Source: an uncultured Erysipelotrichaceae bacterium
GTDB lineage: Bacteria > Bacillota_I > Bacilli_A > Erysipelotrichales > Erysipelotrichaceae
Length of the DNA: 5,605 bases
NCBI GenBank assembly: GCA_964457525.1
Contig: CAYWGS010000088.1
Location: forward strand, 638 to 6,242
Reading direction: 5' to 3'
Shown here: one piece after another, positions 1 through 4,977 of the stretch
Layout: the number at the start of each line of letters is the position of its first letter
How positions within the stretch are numbered: the stretch's first letter is position 1
Position numbers and translations under genes: made by a program
The notes under the pieces: generated by a model
Told to the model about the DNA's origin: nothing
The model's database searches: none
The model's input: only the letters and a program-made list of their open reading frames with translations

Positions 1-368
1 ATACATGGAAAGCGATCTTTTTTAGTAAAATTTGGTTTATACAGATTCGCCGTTACGTAGATTTTTTCTAAAGATTCGAATACGATATTTTCACGCGAAT
101 AAAATTCGTACTTGTCTACCTTAACAAGTTTCGCATTCAGTGATTTTGTTGTATATGGTATGTCACCTAACGCTTTGAGAACTGATACTTCAATCCAAGA
201 TTGATGTTTCTTAAGATCTGATATTAGTTTTATTGATTTCTTTTTACGATCTCTTTTCTTAAATGCGTTATGAGAACGATTAATAATCATTTGATTTAAT
301 TGATCCTTAGAATCAACATTTAAGAGACCATGGTATGATAAATCTTCAATTTCTTTTAATATTTTCAT
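1..368 (-). CDS. Probable alpha/beta-hydrolase-type esterase (acetyl-esterase / dienelactone-hydrolase-like); N-terminal 122 codons only, 3' end beyond window start
   Basis: Not in the supplied ORF track because it has no stop in the window. My hand translation of the reverse complement from ATG (368..366) is stop-free to position 1: MKILKEIEDLSYHGLLNVDSKDQLNQMIINRSHNAFKKRDRKKKSIKLISDLKKHQSWIEVSVLKALGDIPYTTKSLNAKLVKVDKYEFYSRENIVFESLEKIYVTANLYKPNFTKKDRFPC. A helical leader followed by '..Y..E.IVFES....V.ANLYKP......FP' resembles the segment preceding the core of acetylxylan-esterase/dienelactone-hydrolase-like alpha/beta hydrolases. The GxSxG nucleophile elbow would lie outside the window, so the family call is tentative. 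The ATG overlaps the upstream TGA (ATGA at 365..368), supporting real translation. Confidence 0.55.
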   Translation of the reverse strand, partial: MKILKEIEDLSYHGLLNVDSKDQLNQMIINRSHNAFKKRDRKKKSIKLISDLKKHQSWIEVSVLKALGDIPYTTKSLNAKLVKVDKYEFYSRENIVFESLEKIYVTANLYKPNFTKKDRFPC

Positions 369-1297
369 AGAAAGTTTAAATCATCAACCCTTATACAAGG
401 GTAATGTCCTCTCTTATTTAAATCACCAAATATATCCAAAGCACTAAGTTTTAAATTAGGGTTTATAACTTTCATTGTTCCAGTAATAGGAGTTGAAAAT
501 GTATAATCTTGGTGTTTTTTAACTACTTCTGTCGTCCGATAGAATAATTTGTCGCAATCGTTTTTAACAGCAAAATCCTCATTCATATCAACAATTAATT
601 TTAAATTACCCACACTCTCTATAACATAAGCAATCTTAATATCGCCTTCAAATCCAATTCTAATGCATGAGAATGATTGATAATTCAAATCATGTATAAC
701 ATAGTTATGCTCATTATTTAGTGGTTCTAAATGACCTTGAATCATTTTTTTTGTTTCATCTAAGGTTCTGAAAAATTTCGGTAATGTTTTAAGTTCATAG
801 GCATTGTAGTATTTTTCAACTTCTAATTCCTCAATATGCTCAATAATTTTGTATTCTAATTGAGTGACATTTAGCTTTTCTTTAGGTACATGAACTTCGT
901 ATATTTGCCCTACAATCATGGCCCCAAATTTAAGATAATTCTTTCCATCACCTGAAATAACTAATAAATCTGTTTTATTACTTAGTTCTTTTTCAATGTA
1001 ATTGAGAATGCTAGTTGAAAATCCATTTCCTTGAAAATCTTTATATGTACAAACCGCTCCTAACATTCTCGTATTTAAAGTTAAATTAAGGAAATCAATC
1101 TTTGTAGGATAAGTTGCGATGAAACTTACTAATTGACCGTTATAAAAAGCTCCAAACAAATTATCGATATTGCACTCATTAAAGACATGCGGATATCGTC
1201 GTTCAAAAAATGATTCGCACTTAAAAAATACAGTATTACATAATTTATAAGCCATCTCTATTTCTTTTTGATTTTTTAAAGTGCGAATTTCATTCAT
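365..1297 (-). CDS. GNAT-family N-acetyltransferase domain (about residues 1-135) fused to a ~170-aa C-terminal region of unclear function (possibly Eis-like architecture)
   Basis: 310-aa ORF. The acetyl-CoA motif A-like sequence Q-G-N-G-F-S (residues 89-94, nt 1016..1033) follows a beta-strand-like 'MLGAVCTYKDF' and is followed by a helix 'TSILNYIEKEL', then 'LLVISGDGKNYLKFGA'. This is the typical GNAT core order. A GGAG Shine-Dalgarno lies 9 nt upstream. The start codon directly abuts the upstream stop (TAAATG). The C-terminal half has no motif I can assign by eye. Confidence 0.7.
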   Translation of the reverse strand: MNEIRTLKNQKEIEMAYKLCNTVFFKCESFFERRYPHVFNECNIDNLFGAFYNGQLVSFIATYPTKIDFLNLTLNTRMLGAVCTYKDFQGNGFSTSILNYIEKELSNKTDLLVISGDGKNYLKFGAMIVGQIYEVHVPKEKLNVTQLEYKIIEHIEELEVEKYYNAYELKTLPKFFRTLDETKKMIQGHLEPLNNEHNYVIHDLNYQSFSCIRIGFEGDIKIAYVIESVGNLKLIVDMNEDFAVKNDCDKLFYRTTEVVKKHQDYTFSTPITGTMKVINPNLKLSALDIFGDLNKRGHYPCIRVDDLNFL

Positions 1298-2476
1298 TTA
1301 AGTTAACTCCACAAATACTTTTGTTTCAATGCTTTCATCAGCACAGAAGGATAATAGTGAAGCTCTAAGACCATCTTCGACTGAAGCTACTGGTTTTGTT
1401 TGATTGATGATACATTCTGTAAATTCTTTGACAACTTGAGTATCACCTCCACCATGAAAATTCATTCCTGAAATATGATACTTCTCTGTTTGATTTCTTC
1501 GATAATCCATTTTAGTTAGATTCCCTTCTTCTAAATCACCAAAAATAAGACCATATTCAAAATGTATCATAATATCTCTTCCATCTTTTCCACTCATCGA
1601 AATAACGTTAAATATTCCATGTGTATTATCATCAAATAAAACCATGACTGTTTGAGAATCATTTATATCAGAAGTATTACCGTAGATACATTCATTAACT
1701 CCACCAGCTGTTTTGTCTAAAAGCACTTTACCATCATGATATTTCGCGTATTGTGTGATGTCCTCTCGATAAATACATTTTTTATCTGGGCATGTTGAAC
1801 AACTTACTTGCCCTACAGATTCACGCGCAAATGTACGCGACCCCATGGACATTACACCAATTGGCTTTGCATCATTTGATTTAATCCAACACATCATGTC
1901 CAGATCATGTGAACATTTTTCGTTCATGAAACCACCCGTATATTCTTTCATTCTATGCCAACTACGCTTGAATTTAGTTCCATGAACAACTGTTAGTCTT
2001 TCATTCATTTGAATTTGTGTGATTCTTCCTAAATCATTCTCCGCAATCCATGATTTTATCTTTCTATAGAAAGGAGAATAACGCATAACAAATCCTACTT
2101 GAATAACTTTTGAATAATTCTTTGCGATTTCTCCAATTTCTAATATGGCTTCTTTAGTTGTAGCGATTGGTTTTTCAAGAAAAATATTATAGTTTGATTG
2201 TGTTAGTCGTTTAAAAACTGATAAATGTGTCCACTCTGGTGTCATAATAAACGCACCATCTACTTTATCACTAGGATACTTTTCTAACATTAATTCAATA
2301 TCATTAAAGATTTCTACACCTTCAATCTTTGCGTCTTTTAATCTAGCTTCGATAAAAGGATTACCTTCCACAAAGGTATCCATAATAGCGACAACTTTAC
2401 AATTTAATTCGTTTTCAAGTATTTCCGAGAAGAAAATACCACGAGCTCCCCCACCAACAATAATAAATTTTTGCAT
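1298..2476 (-). CDS. Gfo/Idh/MocA-family NAD-dependent oxidoreductase, paralog 3 (392 aa), with 4-Cys insert
   Basis: The N-terminus starts directly with Rossmann beta1 and the glycine motif IIVGGGARG (G-x-G-x-x-G). An acidic residue ends beta2 (VVAIMD, Asp33), which suggests NAD over NADP. The family-defining EKP motif is present (FLEKP, residues 100-103), as are the active-site helix EKCSHDLD (186-193) and the C-terminal HGGGD (341-345, nt 1442..1456). No signal peptide. An AAGGAA Shine-Dalgarno lies 8 nt upstream of the ATG. Confidence 0.9.
   Translation of the reverse strand: MQKFIIVGGGARGIFFSEILENELNCKVVAIMDTFVEGNPFIEARLKDAKIEGVEIFNDIELMLEKYPSDKVDGAFIMTPEWTHLSVFKRLTQSNYNIFLEKPIATTKEAILEIGEIAKNYSKVIQVGFVMRYSPFYRKIKSWIAENDLGRITQIQMNERLTVVHGTKFKRSWHRMKEYTGGFMNEKCSHDLDMMCWIKSNDAKPIGVMSMGSRTFARESVGQVSCSTCPDKKCIYREDITQYAKYHDGKVLLDKTAGGVNECIYGNTSDINDSQTVMVLFDDNTHGIFNVISMSGKDGRDIMIHFEYGLIFGDLEEGNLTKMDYRRNQTEKYHISGMNFHGGGDTQVVKEFTECIINQTKPVASVEDGLRASLLSFCADESIETKVFVELT
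1307..1312 (-). promoter_or_regulatory. Shine-Dalgarno (GTGGAG) for the GNAT gene, embedded in the last codons of paralog 3
   Basis: The minus-strand mRNA reads GTGGAGTTAACTTAAATG. GGAG lies 9 nt before the ATG at 1297, and the stop TAA directly abuts the ATG. Confidence 0.65.
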
Positions 2477-2484
2477 ATTAATAG

Positions 2485-2490
2485 TTCCTT
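2485..2490 (-). promoter_or_regulatory. Shine-Dalgarno (AAGGAA) for oxidoreductase paralog 3
   Basis: The 24-nt spacer reads ACATAACATAAAGGAACTATTAAT on the minus strand, followed by ATG. AAGGAA lies 8 nt from the start. Confidence 0.7.
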
Positions 2491-2500
2491 TATGTTATGT

Positions 2501-3724
2501 TTATCTTTTAAATTCTTCAATATGAACAACACGATTTTCCGCCAGAGATAAATTTATAGCCATTCCAATATATGCTGCATTGAATCCAGCTTCACTATTT
2601 GCCATATGATTGAGAGGATCCGTTATGATCTTGTTCGCAAAAATCATCTCCATCATGCGATCATCTCCACCACCATGACTTCCACTAGATACGGGTACAT
2701 TTATTTCTTTTTTATTCCCGTTATCATCATATACATTTAACAGATAAATTTGTTTATTTGCATATGGTCCAACTAAACCATGAAAATCTTCTGCTTCAAT
2801 TCTACCCTTGTCACCTGTGATACTTAATCGGTAACCTTCATATGGAGCATAAGCAATAAGCTTATAGCTCATATCTATATTATCTTCATAGCTAATAAGT
2901 GCGGTTATTGTATCTTCTATATCAATTTTTTCTGAGTATACACACCCATCTCTAAAATAACCATCTTCATGTTCTGCTTGATAAAACATAGAATTAATTG
3001 CTTCATCATTTGAATAATCTTTATAAAATTTACATTCATTCTTATGTAAACATACTCTACAGTTTATTCCATTAAATAAACTATTCTTTGCGCCATAGAA
3101 ATATAACCCACCTTTTGCATATACTTCTATAGGTTTTTTCTCTATTAACCAATTGATTAAATCAAAATGATGAGTTGCTTTATGAACCGCTAACCCACCT
3201 GAATTCTTTTTTTCTCGATGCCATCTTCTAAAATAATCTGCACCATGTACTTGATCCAATAACCACTCAAAATGAATGCTTTTAATTTTTCCAATTGAAT
3301 GCGATTTAAGTGTTTCTTTTATAGTAGTCGCAAATAATGTAAAACGATAATTAAATGTAATCGTAAGTTTCTTCTGTGTTTCCTTCTCCGCATTTATAAT
3401 AATATTAGCCTTCTCTTTTGTTGTTGTGATTGGTTTCTCGCAAATAACATCACATCCTAATCTCATTGCTAAATCAATATAATAATCATGAGTCGCATCT
3501 AATGTACCAATTAAAACAGTATCACATCCACTTTCACTAATTAATGCCTCAGCGCTACTATAAACTTTTACTTTATTTTCTAATCGTTCACTTAGTTTAT
3601 TTGCTCTAGTCATGTTCTGATCAAATACACCTACAATAGTGACTGTATCTTGAAACTTTAGATATAAATTCAATGCATATTGAAAAGTTATACGATTTCC
3701 TGCTCCAATTAATGCTAATTTCAT
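2501..3724 (-). CDS. Gfo/Idh/MocA-family oxidoreductase, paralog 2 (407 aa), with 4-Cys insert and an atypical glycine motif
   Basis: MKLALIGAGNRI (G-x-G-x-x-I; the third glycine is replaced). Asp35 ends beta2 (IVGVFD). EKP motif present (ICEKP, residues 94-98). Active-site helix HKATHHFD (181-188) and HGGGD (350-354, nt 2663..2677). A strong AAGGAG Shine-Dalgarno lies 8 nt upstream. The ATG overlaps the stop of the upstream gene (ATGA, 3721..3724). Confidence 0.9.
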   Translation of the reverse strand: MKLALIGAGNRITFQYALNLYLKFQDTVTIVGVFDQNMTRANKLSERLENKVKVYSSAEALISESGCDTVLIGTLDATHDYYIDLAMRLGCDVICEKPITTTKEKANIIINAEKETQKKLTITFNYRFTLFATTIKETLKSHSIGKIKSIHFEWLLDQVHGADYFRRWHREKKNSGGLAVHKATHHFDLINWLIEKKPIEVYAKGGLYFYGAKNSLFNGINCRVCLHKNECKFYKDYSNDEAINSMFYQAEHEDGYFRDGCVYSEKIDIEDTITALISYEDNIDMSYKLIAYAPYEGYRLSITGDKGRIEAEDFHGLVGPYANKQIYLLNVYDDNGNKKEINVPVSSGSHGGGDDRMMEMIFANKIITDPLNHMANSEAGFNAAYIGMAINLSLAENRVVHIEEFKR

Positions 3725-4965
3725 ATATCAATCTCCTTCTCAAAAGCTTCTAAATCAATAACTCTATGATTTATACGAGAGGATTCTGCTGCTAATGACA
3801 TTAAATGACTCATTATTGATTTATCTACAGAAGTACGACCATTTTTAACATTGTTCTCTTGTACTTCTTCAATGAATCCTTTTATAATGCCTGCATCTCC
3901 ACCTTCATGTAGTGAATCAGACTCTCCGATTTGTATAATTCTTTCTTCTGATTCATCATAACGCTTTACAGTAATCTTTCGATCTAAAGTATTTCCACGT
4001 ATTTCTCCTTCAGTCCCCATTAAATGCATATATCTTGATATTTCATCCGTAAATGCGCACAAATGAAAACTAACATGAACGCCATTTTCAAATTCAAGCA
4101 AAGTCACTTGTGTTTCCATAACATCATTATCTAAGTCATAAACACATCTACCATAATCTGATACTTCAAACCCTTTCTCTAAACTACCGTACTCATTTAC
4201 AATAATTTTAGCTAGGTGTTGAGCTTTTTCTTGTTTATAAAGTTTATTGACTTCATATAAGCAACTTTTTGCATGTGGGCAATGTTCTCCACATCGAGCT
4301 GGTACCCCCTTTGGTTTATTCATTTGTATAAATGTATTTTGAACACCAAAAGATGAGACTCGTGTACACTTTGAATCAACATACCAAGCCATTAAATCCA
4401 TATCATGACAAGCCTTAGCTAATATAATTGGATTTGCCATATCAGATCTATTCCATGGTCCTCTCACAAAACTATGTGCATAATGATAATATGCTATATT
4501 TTCCTCATGTTGTATGCTTTTAAGTTCACCTATTACTTTTTCTTCTAGCAAATGTTTTACAACACCGAAGAAATCTGAGTATCTTAATACGTGTGCAATC
4601 GATAAGATTCTTTCTTGTGACTTAGCATGCTCTCGCAAATTAATTAACTCTTGTTTAGAACCTGAGATTGGTTTCTCTAATAGGACATGATAGCCTTTTG
4701 ATAAAGCTCTCATAGTTGGTTCATAATGCATAAAATCCTGTGTTGCTATTATAGCTGCATCTGCTAATTTCTCAACTTCAAGAATAGATTCCCACGAATC
4801 ATAACATGCATCCAGTGGTATATTAAACTCACGAGAAAACCGAAGACGTTTATTAAGATTAGGATCCGCCATTGCTACAAAAGAAACATCTGGATGGTTA
4901 TTTTTTACCCAATGAGCATATATTTCCATGCCGCGGTTACCCGCGCCAATTAGTATTAATTTCAT
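3721..4965 (-). CDS. Gfo/Idh/MocA-family NAD-dependent oxidoreductase, paralog 1 (414 aa), with 4-Cys insert
   Basis: MKLILIGAGNRG (G-x-G-x-x-G). Asp34 ends beta2 (FVAMAD). EKP motif present (LLEKP, residues 95-99, EKP at nt 4669..4677). Active-site helix AKACHDMD (183-190) and HEGGD (353-357, nt 3895..3909). An AAGGA Shine-Dalgarno lies 7 nt upstream of the ATG. No signal peptide. Confidence 0.9.
   Translation of the reverse strand: MKLILIGAGNRGMEIYAHWVKNNHPDVSFVAMADPNLNKRLRFSREFNIPLDACYDSWESILEVEKLADAAIIATQDFMHYEPTMRALSKGYHVLLEKPISGSKQELINLREHAKSQERILSIAHVLRYSDFFGVVKHLLEEKVIGELKSIQHEENIAYYHYAHSFVRGPWNRSDMANPIILAKACHDMDLMAWYVDSKCTRVSSFGVQNTFIQMNKPKGVPARCGEHCPHAKSCLYEVNKLYKQEKAQHLAKIIVNEYGSLEKGFEVSDYGRCVYDLDNDVMETQVTLLEFENGVHVSFHLCAFTDEISRYMHLMGTEGEIRGNTLDRKITVKRYDESEERIIQIGESDSLHEGGDAGIIKGFIEEVQENNVKNGRTSVDKSIMSHLMSLAAESSRINHRVIDLEAFEKEIDI
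3733..3738 (-). promoter_or_regulatory. Shine-Dalgarno (AAGGAG) for oxidoreductase paralog 2, embedded in the last codons of paralog 1
   Basis: The minus-strand mRNA reads GAGAAGGAGATTGATATATGA. AAGGAG lies 8 nt before the ATG at 3724, and the ATG overlaps the upstream TGA. Confidence 0.8.
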
Positions 4966-4972
4966 AATAATA

Positions 4973-4977
4973 TCCTT
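4973..4977 (-). promoter_or_regulatory. Shine-Dalgarno (AAGGA) for oxidoreductase paralog 1
   Basis: The minus-strand mRNA reads TAGAAGGATATTATTATG. AAGGA lies 7 nt before the ATG at 4965 and immediately after the permease stop codon. Confidence 0.75.

Noticed and set aside
4261-4293. C-x3-C-x5-C in paralog 1 as a radical-SAM-type cluster motif
   Set aside because: Radical SAM enzymes use C-x3-C-x2-C in a TIM-barrel context. The spacing differs here and between paralogs (x2/x5, x2/x4), and the host fold is clearly Rossmann Gfo/Idh/MocA. It is retained only as a generic 4-Cys metal-site hypothesis.
1298-4965. Three dehydrogenase genes as a recent tandem amplification or nucleotide repeat
   Set aside because: Similarity is at the motif and protein level only. 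For example, the first 12 codons of paralogs 1 and 2 encode near-identical peptides with different codons. Lengths and insert spacings differ. I saw no long identical nucleotide stretches, so these are old paralogs, not a repeat array.
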